Both the position numbers and the translations under genes were made by a program. A stretch of 64,000 bases of DNA. Origin: a bacterium. GTDB lineage: Bacteria; UBA8248; JACPRG01; G963555815. The notes beneath the pieces were generated by a model that saw only the letters and a list, made by a program, of their open reading frames with translations, was not told the DNA's origin and ran no database searches. Location of the stretch: NCBI GenBank assembly GCA_965261595.1, contig CBDHDG010000007.1:320001-384000 (forward strand), written 5' to 3'. Below, piece after piece: positions 31,205 to 40,717 of the stretch (positions are counted from its first letter, which is position 1; each line of letters starts with the position of its first letter).

Positions 31205-32146
31205 ATGTGCGGCATCGCCGGAATCCTCTACAACGAAAGTGCGCCGGACCGCGGCCGATCCGTCGGCCGGGACATGGTCCGGATGCTGACGTCCATGCGC
31301 CACCGGGGGGCCGATTCGACGGGCGTCACGGTCCTGGGGGAAAGCTTCCCGGGGGATCTCATTCTCCGTCTGCACGCCCCCGGGGCGGGGACGAACGGCG
31401 GCGATGAAAGCAATGGCCATGGGGGCGAATGGGCGGAGGCGGCCCTTGGGGCCGTCGAAGGCTCCGGGGCAAAAATCCTGGACCGGGACGGCGACCGGGG
31501 ATTCATGCGGCTGACGGTCGATTATGGCGGCGAGATCAGGGAGCTGGCCGACGCCCTTTACGAAGTTCCCGGGGTGCGGATCCACAGCATCGGGCGCTGC
31601 TCGGAAGTGATCAAGGACGTGGGCGACGCCGCCGCGCTGGAATCACGCCACCAGGTCGGCGCCCTGACCGGCACGCACGGGATCGGCCACGTCCGCATGG
31701 CCACCGAGAGCCGGGTCGACATCACCCATTCCCATCCCTTTTGGGCCTTTCCCTTCTGCGACATTACGGTGGTCCACAACGGCCAGCTCACCAACTACCA
31801 CAAGATGAAGCGCCTGTACGAACAGGACGGCTACCGGTTTCAGACACACAACGACTCCGAGCTCATCGCCGTCTACCTCGCCCACCACCTGGAGCGGGAC
31901 GCCGATCTGAAGCGCACACTGCACCGGGCCCTGGAAGACCTTGACGGAACGTTCACCTTCCTGGTCTCGACCCCGACGGGGCTCGGGTGCGCCAAGGACA
32001 AGTGGTCCGCGAAGCCGCTCGTCATCATGGAGCGGCACGACGTGGTCGCCGTCGCCTCCGAGGAGGTGGCGCTGCGTCAGGTGTTCCCCGAGGAGATCGA
32101 GCGGTTCGAGCCCCAGGAAAACGAGGTCATAACGTGGTCGACCTAG
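31205..32146 (+). CDS. mgsA: N-methylglutamate synthase subunit A (class II glutamine amidotransferase, GlxB)
   Basis: MCGIAG start, HRGADSTG, GHVRMATES, VHNGQLTN, NDSE, LDGTFTF. Confidence 0.85.
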   Translation: MCGIAGILYNESAPDRGRSVGRDMVRMLTSMRHRGADSTGVTVLGESFPGDLILRLHAPGAGTNGGDESNGHGGEWAEAALGAVEGSGAKILDRDGDRGFMRLTVDYGGEIRELADALYEVPGVRIHSIGRCSEVIKDVGDAAALESRHQVGALTGTHGIGHVRMATESRVDITHSHPFWAFPFCDITVVHNGQLTNYHKMKRLYEQDGYRFQTHNDSELIAVYLAHHLERDADLKRTLHRALEDLDGTFTFLVSTPTGLGCAKDKWSAKPLVIMERHDVVAVASEEVALRQVFPEEIERFEPQENEVITWST

Positions 32147-32817
32147 ACGCCCAGGGAAAGACAACCCGGGAGATCAACACGGCCCTCAAGCGGCTGGCCG
32201 CCGAGGGGGAGGAGGTCTGTCTCCTGAACCCGCAGGCCCGCCACAACCTGGCCGTGGGCGTCTTCCATCGGTTTCAACTCGTGATCGAGGGAAGCGTCGG
32301 TTATTTCGCCGCCAGCCTGGGCGACGGCCCCGAGGTGTACATCCGGGGAAACGCCGGATGGGCCCTGGGCGACAACATGATGGACGGCCGGATCCACGTC
32401 TTGAAAAACGCGGGGGCCTCCTGCGGTTGCACCATTCACAACGGCGAAATCGTCGTCGGGGGGAGCGTCGGCGCCCGATGCGGCATCTCCATGAAGGGCG
32501 GAACCATTGTGGTGGGGGGAAACGCCGGGTACCTGACCGGATTCATGATGCAGCAGGGTCGCATCATCGTCTGCGGGGACGTGGGCGACGCCGTGGGGGA
32601 TTCGATGTACCAGGGCGCCATCTATGTGGGGGGCAAAACGGACGCCTTGGGGAACGACGCCAGGTTCGAGGACATGGACAAGGGCGAGGCGGAAGGGCTC
32701 GCGGAGACCCTCGACCGCAACGAGATCTCCCTGAAACCCGTGTTCAAGAAGATCGTGTGCGCCGGTAAGCTTTACCACTTCGACAAGCTCGAGCTTCTGG
32801 AGCGTCAGGTCGTCTGA
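32134..32817 (+). CDS. mgsB: N-methylglutamate synthase subunit B (GXGXG beta-helix, GlxC)
   Basis: REIN.AL, NPQARHNLAVG, GSVGYF, GARCGISMKGG, GFMMQQG, LYHF. Confidence 0.85.
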   Translation: MVDLDAQGKTTREINTALKRLAAEGEEVCLLNPQARHNLAVGVFHRFQLVIEGSVGYFAASLGDGPEVYIRGNAGWALGDNMMDGRIHVLKNAGASCGCTIHNGEIVVGGSVGARCGISMKGGTIVVGGNAGYLTGFMMQQGRIIVCGDVGDAVGDSMYQGAIYVGGKTDALGNDARFEDMDKGEAEGLAETLDRNEISLKPVFKKIVCAGKLYHFDKLELLERQVV

Positions 32818-32903
32818 GGGCCGTCCCCAGGCGAACACCGATCCTTGGGTCCGCCGACCCCAAGGGTCCGCCGACCCAAGGGCTCGAAAGGACTCCCCAG
32901 CCG

Positions 32904-34205
32904 ATGATAGAGAAAACCAACGCCACCTGGACTCCCGACGTCATCGAGGACATCCACGCCAAAGCCGATCTCGGCCGTTACCGCCTCAGCAGTTTCAGCA
33001 CCTTTCAGCGCGTCCCGCACTTCGACGACCTGGTCTTCCTCTCCACCGGCCTGACGCGGTTCCCCCTCGAAGGGTACAAGGAGAGGTGTAACACCAAAAC
33101 GGTGATCGGCGCCCGGTATGCCCGGGAGCCGCTCGAGATCGACATCCCCATCTACATCAGCGGCATGAGCTACGGGGCCCTGTCGCGAAGCGCGAAGACG
33201 GCCCTCGGGCTCGGCGCGTCGAAGGTCGGGACGGCCACCTGCACCGGGGACGGGGGCATGCTCAAGGAAGAGCGGGAGGCCTCCAAGAAGCTCATCTACC
33301 AGATCCTCCCCAGCCGGTACGGCTTCGATCCCCATCACCTCGTCGGGGCCGAGGCCATCGAAATCGTGGTGGGCCAGGGCGCCAAGCCGGGGACGGGCGG
33401 AATGCTCATGGGGATGAAGGTCCGCGACGACGTGGCCGAGCAGCGCGTCCTCCCCGCCGGAATCGACCAGCGCAGCCCCACCCGCCATCCGGACTGGCTC
33501 GGGCCGGATGATCTGGCGATCAAGGTGGAACAGATCCGCGAGGCAACGGACGGACGGGTCCCGGTGCAGATCAAGCTCCCGGCCTGCCGGGTGAAAGACG
33601 ACGTAAAGCTGGCGGCCAAATGCGGGGTCGACGCCATCGTCATCGACGGCATGCAGGCCGGCACGGGCGCTTCGAGTCAGATCCTCCTGGACCATAGCGG
33701 CATTCCCACCATGCCCGCCATCGTAGCCGCCCGCGAAGCCCTCCAGGAGATTGGCCTGTACGGGAAGATTTCGCTCATCGCCTCGGGCGGCATCCGGAAC
33801 GGGGCCGACGTCGCCAAGGCCCTGGCCCTGGGGGCGGACGCCTGCGCCATCGGCATCGCCGCCCTCATCGCCCTGAATTGCAACCGCGAGATCCCGGAGT
33901 CCGACTTTCTGAAGGAGGTCGGGGTTCCGGCCGGCGCCTGCAACAAGTGCTACACGGGCCGGTGTCCGGTGGGGATCGCCACCCAGGACCCGGAGCTGGA
34001 GAAGCGCCTCGATCCGGCCGAGGCGGGCGGGCGCGTAGCCAATTTCCTCAACGGCTGTACGATGGAGGCCGCCCTGTTGGCGCGCTCGCTGGGCAAGGGC
34101 GACATCCACAGCCTCGAGCCCGAGGACCTGGCCGCGCTGACCCTCGAAGCCTCGGCGATGGCCCGGGTTCCCCTGGCCGGCACGGACTTTGTTTTCGGCG
34201 CCTGA
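32904..34205 (+). CDS. mgsC: N-methylglutamate synthase subunit C (FMN-binding glutamate synthase family, GlxD)
   Basis: RFPLEGYKE.C.T, GMSYGALS, GQGAKPGTGG, RHPDWLGPDDL.IK, CNKCYTGRCPVGIATQD. Confidence 0.9.
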   Translation: MIEKTNATWTPDVIEDIHAKADLGRYRLSSFSTFQRVPHFDDLVFLSTGLTRFPLEGYKERCNTKTVIGARYAREPLEIDIPIYISGMSYGALSRSAKTALGLGASKVGTATCTGDGGMLKEEREASKKLIYQILPSRYGFDPHHLVGAEAIEIVVGQGAKPGTGGMLMGMKVRDDVAEQRVLPAGIDQRSPTRHPDWLGPDDLAIKVEQIREATDGRVPVQIKLPACRVKDDVKLAAKCGVDAIVIDGMQAGTGASSQILLDHSGIPTMPAIVAAREALQEIGLYGKISLIASGGIRNGADVAKALALGADACAIGIAALIALNCNREIPESDFLKEVGVPAGACNKCYTGRCPVGIATQDPELEKRLDPAEAGGRVANFLNGCTMEAALLARSLGKGDIHSLEPEDLAALTLEASAMARVPLAGTDFVFGA

Positions 34206-34229
34206 GACGCCGCGGAAGGGTCGAATGCC

Positions 34230-34514
34230 ATGTCGTTCCTGATCCCCTGTCCGCACTGTGGCCCCCGGAGCGTGTACGAGTTTCGCTACGGCGGCGAATA
34301 CAAGAAGCGGCCCCGGCCCGACGCCCTTGAAAGCGAGTGGACCCGCTACAACTTCCTCCAGGCCAACGCGGCTGGCGAGCAAAAGGAGTGGTGGTTCCAC
34401 CGGGACGGCTGCCGCGCGTGGTTCTTCGCGGACCGAGACACCGTCACCAACCAGGTCGTCCGAACGTACCGGGCGGAGGAAGGCCCCGGGGGGGAGGACT
34501 CCGAATCCCCATGA
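34230..34514 (+). CDS. soxD: Sarcosine oxidase delta / N-methylglutamate dehydrogenase subunit B-like
   Basis: IPCPHCGPR..EF.YGGE, EWWFH..GC..WF..RDTVTN zinc motif. Confidence 0.92.
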   Translation: MSFLIPCPHCGPRSVYEFRYGGEYKKRPRPDALESEWTRYNFLQANAAGEQKEWWFHRDGCRAWFFADRDTVTNQVVRTYRAEEGPGGEDSESP

Positions 34515-37507
34515 GCCGGAATCCCCGCCCCGGCCGCCGCGCCCCGTCCCCCGCTGAAGGGATCGACCGCTCCGCGAGACGCTCCTTCCGGTTCGACGGC
34601 CGCTCCTTCGAGGCCCATCCAGGCGACACCATCGCCTCCGCTCTGCATGCGGCGGGGGTGCGCACACTCAGCCGCAGCTTCAAATACCATCGTCCGCGCG
34701 GCCTTTTTTGCGTCTCGGGAAACTGTCCGAACTGCCTCGTCGAGGTGGACGGCGAGCCCTCGGTCCGCTCCTGCGTCACCCCCGTTCGGGACGGAATGGA
34801 GGTCCGCGGCCAGAACGCCTGGCCTTCGGTCGAGCACGACGCCCTGTCCCTGTCGGACAAGTTCAGCGGCTTCCTCCCGCCGGGTTTCTACTACAAGAGG
34901 TTTTACAAACCGGCGTGGATGTGGCCCATCTACGAGAAATTTCTCCGCCGGATGGCGGGTCTCGGCGTCGTCCGTCCGAAAAACGGCGCGGGCCGCAACC
35001 GCCCCGGAAAGGGAGGGGGGGGGGGGAAGACCGAATCCTGGGAAAAGGAATACCACGACGCCGAGTTGACCATCATCGGCGCGGGAATATCCGGTCTGGC
35101 CGCCGCCCTGGAGGCCGCGCGGTGCGGGGTCTCCGTGACCCTGGTGGATGAGGGCGCAAGTCCGGGCGGCCACCTCCGTGCGGTGACCCGTCCCCTCGCG
35201 GGGCCGCGGGAATGGGCGGGCCTTCCCGGCTGCGAAGCCGTCGGCCGCATGGCGGCGGAGCTCGAGGGGCTTCCCAATGTCTCCATCTGGTCCGGGGCCT
35301 CCGCCCTCGGCGTCTATGAAGACAACTTGGTGGGGGTGCTGAAAGGGCGCCGGTTCATCCAGATCCGGACCCGGCGCCTGCTGGTCGCGACGGGGTCGTA
35401 CGAACAGCCCCTGCTCTTCCACAACAACGACCTTCCCGGTGTGTTCCTCAGCCGGGGACTCCTGAAACTGATGAATCTTCAGGGCGTCCTGCCCGGCCGT
35501 CGGGCCTTGGTATACGGCTCGCACGTCGAGGCCCTCGCCGTCGCGTGCGAGCTTCTGGACGCGGGGGTGCGGGTCGTGGGCGTCGCCGGGCCGGTGTGCG
35601 GGCTGCCCGAAGGGGGGGAGGAATGGCGCCGGCTCCGGGACGCGCGCGTTTCCCTCTTTCCGGGATGGACCTTGGCCGAGGCGGGGGGGCGAAACCGCGT
35701 CGAGTTGGCCCGGCTGATTCGGCCGGCCTCGGGACCGGCCGGCGGACCTGATGAGGTTGTTCTCCCATGTGACGTCATCGCCCTCTCGGCGGGTTTCGCG
35801 CCCGCCGCGGAACTTCTGACGATGAGCGGTGGGCAGATCCGCTTCGGAAACCCCTCCGGAGAGCCCGTCCCAGGGGATCTCCCGCCCGGGATTTCGGGCG
35901 CGGGCGAAGTGATGGGCGTACACGGCTTGGCAGCGGTTCTCACGCATGGAAGGATCGCGGGCCTGGAGGCCGCCCTCTCGCTCGGGGCGGCCGGCGCCTC
36001 CGGCCGGGAGCGCCTGGAGATCCTCCGGCGGGAGTTCGAGGGCGCCGGCCCGGGAGAGCACGCCGGGGCGTTCGGGCTCGCGCCGCAAGAACCCGACCGG
36101 AAAAAACGCTTCGTCTGTCTTTGCGAGGACGTAACGGAGAAAGACATCCGCGCCTGCATCGATGAGGGCTACGACAACGTCGAGACCCTCAAGCGCTACA
36201 GCACCATCGGGATGGGCCCGTGCCAGGGAAAGGTCTGCAACACCATCGCCGCCCGGGTTTGCGGCCGGGACACCGGACTGCCCCTGGAACAAACGCGTCT
36301 GACCACTTCCCGGCCTCCCGTCCGTTCGATCCCGCTGGGTGCGTTGGCCGGCCGGCACTATCAGCCGGTGCGCCGAACCCCCATGCACGAGCGCCACCAG
36401 TCTCTGGGGGCTCGGTGGATGGACGCCGGGGACTGGAAGCGGCCGGAATATTACACCTCGCCCGACGAGGAGTGCCGCGCCGTCCACGAAGGCGTCGGAC
36501 TGATTGACCTCAGCACCCTGGGGAAGCTCGACATCCAGGGCAAGGACGCCGTCTGGCTCCTGGAAAAGGTCTATAACAACCAGTACGAAAAGCTCAAGGT
36601 CGGGCGGATCCGGTACGGGGTGATGTGCGACGACAGCGGGATCATCTTCGACGACGGCACGGTCAGCCGCGTGGCGGAAGACCGCTTTTTCGTGACCACG
36701 ATCACCAGCGGGATCGACACCGTCGAGCAGTGGCTGAACTGGTGGGTCATCGGGACCGGCAAGACCATACACATCACGAATGTGACGGCCGCCTACGCGG
36801 CGGTGAACCTGGCCGGGCCGCGCGCGCGCGACGTCCTGGCCGGCCTGACCGATCTCGACATGTCCAACGAGGCCCTGCCTTATATGGCCTTCGCCGAGGG
36901 GGAGGTCGCCGGAATTCCCGCGCAACTTCTTCGGATCGGGTTTGTGGGCGAGCTCGGCTACGAGATTCATTGTCCGGCCGAGCACGGGGAATCCTTGTGG
37001 GAAGTCCTCATGGAGGCCGGCAAACCCTACGGAATCGCCCCCTTCGGGGTGGAGCCCCAGAGAATTCTCCGGTTGCAGAAGGGCCACATCATCGTCGGAC
37101 AGGACACGGACGCGCTATCCAACTCGTTCGAGGCCGACATGGCCTGGATCGTAAAGCTCAACAAACCCGACTTCATCGGCCGACACGCCCTGGAGCGTAT
37201 CCAGAAAACCGGTCTCCGCTGGAAGCTCATCGGATTCGAAGTGGAGGACGCCTCCACTGTAGCTGAAGAGGGCGACCAGATCGTCCCCGCCGACAATATC
37301 GACGGTCCGAACGGGCGAATCCTGGGCCGTGTGACCAGCTCCCGGTTCAGCCGGCGCCTGGGGAAATCCATCGGGTTGGGGTGGGTCCTCGCTGAGATGA
37401 GCGAGCCGGGGACGGAAATCTATATTCGGGTCGGGGGCAGGCCGCAAAAGGCCGTCATCACGCCTCCCCCCTTCTACGACCCGGAGGGGAAAAGACTCAA
37501 GATGTGA
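34511..37507 (+). CDS. soxA: Sarcosine oxidase alpha / N-methylglutamate dehydrogenase large subunit-like, with Fe-S motifs
   Basis: GDTIASAL, SRSFKYHRPRG, GFYYK, IIGAGISGL, DLSTLGKLDIQG, GELGYEI, FYDPEG. Confidence 0.92.
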   Translation: MSRNPRPGRRAPSPAEGIDRSARRSFRFDGRSFEAHPGDTIASALHAAGVRTLSRSFKYHRPRGLFCVSGNCPNCLVEVDGEPSVRSCVTPVRDGMEVRGQNAWPSVEHDALSLSDKFSGFLPPGFYYKRFYKPAWMWPIYEKFLRRMAGLGVVRPKNGAGRNRPGKGGGGGKTESWEKEYHDAELTIIGAGISGLAAALEAARCGVSVTLVDEGASPGGHLRAVTRPLAGPREWAGLPGCEAVGRMAAELEGLPNVSIWSGASALGVYEDNLVGVLKGRRFIQIRTRRLLVATGSYEQPLLFHNNDLPGVFLSRGLLKLMNLQGVLPGRRALVYGSHVEALAVACELLDAGVRVVGVAGPVCGLPEGGEEWRRLRDARVSLFPGWTLAEAGGRNRVELARLIRPASGPAGGPDEVVLPCDVIALSAGFAPAAELLTMSGGQIRFGNPSGEPVPGDLPPGISGAGEVMGVHGLAAVLTHGRIAGLEAALSLGAAGASGRERLEILRREFEGAGPGEHAGAFGLAPQEPDRKKRFVCLCEDVTEKDIRACIDEGYDNVETLKRYSTIGMGPCQGKVCNTIAARVCGRDTGLPLEQTRLTTSRPPVRSIPLGALAGRHYQPVRRTPMHERHQSLGARWMDAGDWKRPEYYTSPDEECRAVHEGVGLIDLSTLGKLDIQGKDAVWLLEKVYNNQYEKLKVGRIRYGVMCDDSGIIFDDGTVSRVAEDRFFVTTITSGIDTVEQWLNWWVIGTGKTIHITNVTAAYAAVNLAGPRARDVLAGLTDLDMSNEALPYMAFAEGEVAGIPAQLLRIGFVGELGYEIHCPAEHGESLWEVLMEAGKPYGIAPFGVEPQRILRLQKGHIIVGQDTDALSNSFEADMAWIVKLNKPDFIGRHALERIQKTGLRWKLIGFEVEDASTVAEEGDQIVPADNIDGPNGRILGRVTSSRFSRRLGKSIGLGWVLAEMSEPGTEIYIRVGGRPQKAVITPPPFYDPEGKRLKM

Positions 37508-37596
37508 ACCCCGCGGAAACCGTGTAGTCCAGTGCTTTCTTCCGGAAGAAGACGGAATTCTATTCGATGGAGCAATGGGAGTTGCGGCCATGATTT

Positions 37597-37712
37597 GGTA
37601 GGCCGGGCGCGGGTTGGTTGACCCTCCAGCCCGGCGGCGGGCAAGATGCCCGCCCCACCCGATTGAAAACATCGGCTTTCCACAAACAGGTAGGCCGGGC
37701 ATCCTGCCCGGC
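37597..37712. repeat. REP-like GTAG palindromic elements in the soxA-soxG gap
   Basis: GGTAGGCCGGGC occurs twice; GCGGGCAAGATGCCCGC-CCCACC and GCCGGGCATCCTGCCCGGC hairpins. Confidence 0.65.
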
Positions 37713-37782
37713 CGGAAGGGCAATTCGGGTCTCGATATGTAATGCCGTTCACGACACACCACACAGGGAGAGATTTTTCATC

Positions 37783-38547
37783 GTGCCGGAGACTTTCACC
37801 CCGCCCCGCAAGTCGGCGGTTGAAAAAAGGTTGATCGAGTTGGGCGCCAACCTCGTGGAGCGCGACGGGTGGCGGCAGGCCGAATCCTTCACGTCCGCAC
37901 AGGCCGAAGTGGAGGCCGTCCGGAATGGGGCGGGACTCTTCGACCTCAGCCCCATGACGAAGCTGGATATCCGCGCGTCGAATCCCGCCGCGGTCTGGCC
38001 GTCGATCTTTCCCGGTGTGGATCCCCCGGTGGAATCCGGGAGTCCCGAGGGGGGGAGGGGGGGAGGGGGGGACCGGATCGGCGGGGCGGCGCTTTGCGGC
38101 CGGCCGGTCATTTACGCGAGGTTGAATCCGGAGAGTTTTCTTCTGACCGCGCCGCCGGGATTCGGGCCGGAGATGGAAGCGGCCGTCCGCGAAGCGGCCT
38201 CGGGCGCCGGCGTCGGCGTCACGGATGTGACCTCCGGTCTGTCGGTGTTCGAGCTGGCCGGTCCGTCGGCCGCGCCGATCCTCAGGAAGCTCACCGCCGT
38301 GGCGCCTCCCGCCGAAGACCGACGGGCGGTCCAGGCGCGGGTGGCGGGAGCGCACGCGGTCATCTTTCGGGTGGACGGGGACGCGGAAGCCGGAGGCCCC
38401 GCCCTTCCAGCCCTGCGGCTGCACGTGACGCGGGACCTGGGGCTTTACATCTGGGAGGTCCTGGAGGACGCGGGAAGCGAGTTCGGAATCACACCGTATG
38501 GGATCGAGGCGCGATCGCGCCTTTTCCGAAACGTGTTTCCCGGGTAG
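37783..38547 (+). CDS. soxG: Sarcosine oxidase gamma / GcvT folate-binding-like subunit
   Basis: GANLVERDGW, GLFDLSPMTKLDI, VTDVTSGLSVFELAGP, YIWEVLEDAGSEFG. Confidence 0.8.
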   Translation: MPETFTPPRKSAVEKRLIELGANLVERDGWRQAESFTSAQAEVEAVRNGAGLFDLSPMTKLDIRASNPAAVWPSIFPGVDPPVESGSPEGGRGGGGDRIGGAALCGRPVIYARLNPESFLLTAPPGFGPEMEAAVREAASGAGVGVTDVTSGLSVFELAGPSAAPILRKLTAVAPPAEDRRAVQARVAGAHAVIFRVDGDAEAGGPALPALRLHVTRDLGLYIWEVLEDAGSEFGITPYGIEARSRLFRNVFPG

Positions 38548-38559
38548 AAGGAGAAATTC

Positions 38560-39789
38560 GTGACAAGCGGCGGTGCGCCGAACGGCGCCGACGGTCATCA
38601 AAGGATGTGGAGCTGGACCGACCTGCGGGGCCGGTATGACGTGGTCATCATCGGCGCGGGCGTCCATGGTCTGGCCACGGCCTACTATCTGGCGAAACAG
38701 GGAATCACCGACGTGGCCGTCCTGGACAAAGGCTATCTCGGGGCCGGCGCCAGCGGGCGGAATACGGCCATCGTGCGGTCCAACTACCGGACGGCCGAGG
38801 GCGTGCCCTTTTACGAGGAGAGCCTGAAACTCTATCGGGCGATGTCCGGAGAGCTGGACTTCAACGTGATGCTCTCCCAGCAGGGTCACCTCACCCTGGC
38901 CCACACCGACCGGGCAGTCGCGGGGCTCCGGGAACGCGCGGAGGTCAACCAGATCCTGGGCGTGGACAGCCGTTTGATCTTTCCGAAAGAGATCACCGGA
39001 CTCGTGCCCGGTCTCGATCTCAGCGACCATCCCCGCTTTCCCATCATGGCAGGCCTCTATCACCCGCCCGGCGGGATCATCCGCCACGACGCGGTGGTCT
39101 GGGCCTACGCCCGGGCGGTCCACCGGATGGGGGTGGAGATCCATCCCTTCACCGAGGTCACGGGGATTCGCGTGGAAAACGGGGGGGTGACGGGCGTCTC
39201 GACGACCCGGGGAGAGATCAAGACCGGCACGGTCCTCAACGCCACGGCCGGCTGGTGCTCGATCATCGCCAAAATGGTCGGGTTGGACCTGCCGGTGGTG
39301 ACCCACCCCCTCCAGGCGTTCGTCACCGAGCCGCTGAAACCTTTCCTTCACACCGTGATTGTCTCGGGCACCCTGCACGTCTACCTCAGCCAGACGGGCA
39401 GAGGGGAGCTGGTCATCGGCGCGGAGATCGATCCCTACGCCTCCTACAGCATGCGGTCCACGCTGCCGTTCCTGGAAGAGTGCGCCACCCACGTCCTGGA
39501 GCTCTTTCCCTGCCTGGAGGAGATCCGCGTCCTGCGCCAATGGGCGGGAATCTGCGACATGACGCCGGACTTCAGCCCCATCATCGGTCCGGTGGAAGAG
39601 GTCAAGGGGTACTTTCTCGACGTGGGGTGGGGGACTTACGGCTTCAAGGCCGGGCCCATCGCGGGGAAGATGACGGCCGAGTGCATCGCGACCGGCAAGG
39701 TTCCGGACCTCATCGCCCCCTTCGCGCTCTCCCGCTTTCGTGACGACAACCTTGTGGGCGAGCGCGCCGCCGCCGCAACGTCCCACTGA
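38560..39789 (+). CDS. soxB: Sarcosine oxidase beta / N-methylglutamate dehydrogenase subunit A-like FAD subunit
   Basis: IIGAGVHGLATAYYLA, GRNTAIVRSNY, RHDAV.WAYAR, HPLQAFVTEPLKP, GWGTYGFKA. Confidence 0.92.
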   Translation: MTSGGAPNGADGHQRMWSWTDLRGRYDVVIIGAGVHGLATAYYLAKQGITDVAVLDKGYLGAGASGRNTAIVRSNYRTAEGVPFYEESLKLYRAMSGELDFNVMLSQQGHLTLAHTDRAVAGLRERAEVNQILGVDSRLIFPKEITGLVPGLDLSDHPRFPIMAGLYHPPGGIIRHDAVVWAYARAVHRMGVEIHPFTEVTGIRVENGGVTGVSTTRGEIKTGTVLNATAGWCSIIAKMVGLDLPVVTHPLQAFVTEPLKPFLHTVIVSGTLHVYLSQTGRGELVIGAEIDPYASYSMRSTLPFLEECATHVLELFPCLEEIRVLRQWAGICDMTPDFSPIIGPVEEVKGYFLDVGWGTYGFKAGPIAGKMTAECIATGKVPDLIAPFALSRFRDDNLVGERAAAATSH

Positions 39790-39868
39790 CCTCGGCCGCG
39801 CCGTCGCGTGGCCGGTAGACGGTGCAGGCCTTCCCACCGGATGGAAGTCTTGAAAAGGAGGAACCGGC

Positions 39869-40687
39869 GTGCCGTACAAGAAAGGCGAACCGATTCTTTG
39901 GGAGCATTTGACCTGGGATGAGGCCGAGGCGATCTGCAAGAAAGTGGGCATGGCCATCATCTGCGTCGGGGCCATCGAGCAGCACGGCCCGCATCTTCCG
40001 GTGAACGTGGACATTTCCATCAATTACGAAATCGGCAAGCGCATCTCCGTGGCGACGGGCGTCCCCGTCCTGCCGCCGATCTACCCGGGGGTGTCTGAAT
40101 CCCACGGCTTCGCCGGGACCCTCTACGTCCGTCCCGAGACGCTGAGCATGATGATGTACGACATCTGCCGGAGCCTGTATGAGAAAAGCCGGGTCAAGAA
40201 GATCCTCGTGATCAACGGGCACATGTGGAACCAGGCCGCCAACCTGGCGATCCGGGACAACATGCGGTGCGATTATGAGGACCTCCAGATCCGGGTGCTG
40301 AACTGGTGGGACTTCGACAAGGAGGTCTACGCCCTGGTCGCCTCGGACTGCCCCCTGGGGCGGAGCCTCCACGCCAACATCGGGGAGACCGCCTGCATGC
40401 TCGCCATCTCCCCCGAGTTGTGCGACATGAAGAAGGCGAAGCGTTTAAAGGTGGACACCCCGGAATATCCCCATTTCTGGGATTACCGGGAGGAGGAGAT
40501 GACCCGAAGCGGCGTCATGGGATCCGCGGCCACAAAGGCCACAGCCGAGCTTGGGGAAAAGATTCTCTCTCTGGCGGCGGGCAAGTTGATCGCCGAGGTC
40601 AAGAAGGCCCTGAAAGAAAAGCCCAGGTACAAGGCGCCCAACAAACTGGCCAGACCTCCGGGAGGAAACGGCTCCAAGAAAAAGTAA
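39869..40687 (+). CDS. Creatininase family amidohydrolase
   Basis: LTWDE, GAIEQHGPHLPVNVD, INGH, HANIGETA, SGVMG.A.KATAELG. Confidence 0.9.
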   Translation: MPYKKGEPILWEHLTWDEAEAICKKVGMAIICVGAIEQHGPHLPVNVDISINYEIGKRISVATGVPVLPPIYPGVSESHGFAGTLYVRPETLSMMMYDICRSLYEKSRVKKILVINGHMWNQAANLAIRDNMRCDYEDLQIRVLNWWDFDKEVYALVASDCPLGRSLHANIGETACMLAISPELCDMKKAKRLKVDTPEYPHFWDYREEEMTRSGVMGSAATKATAELGEKILSLAAGKLIAEVKKALKEKPRYKAPNKLARPPGGNGSKKK

Positions 40688-40717
40688 CCCCCGTCAAACC
40701 CATAGGGAGGAAAGCAA

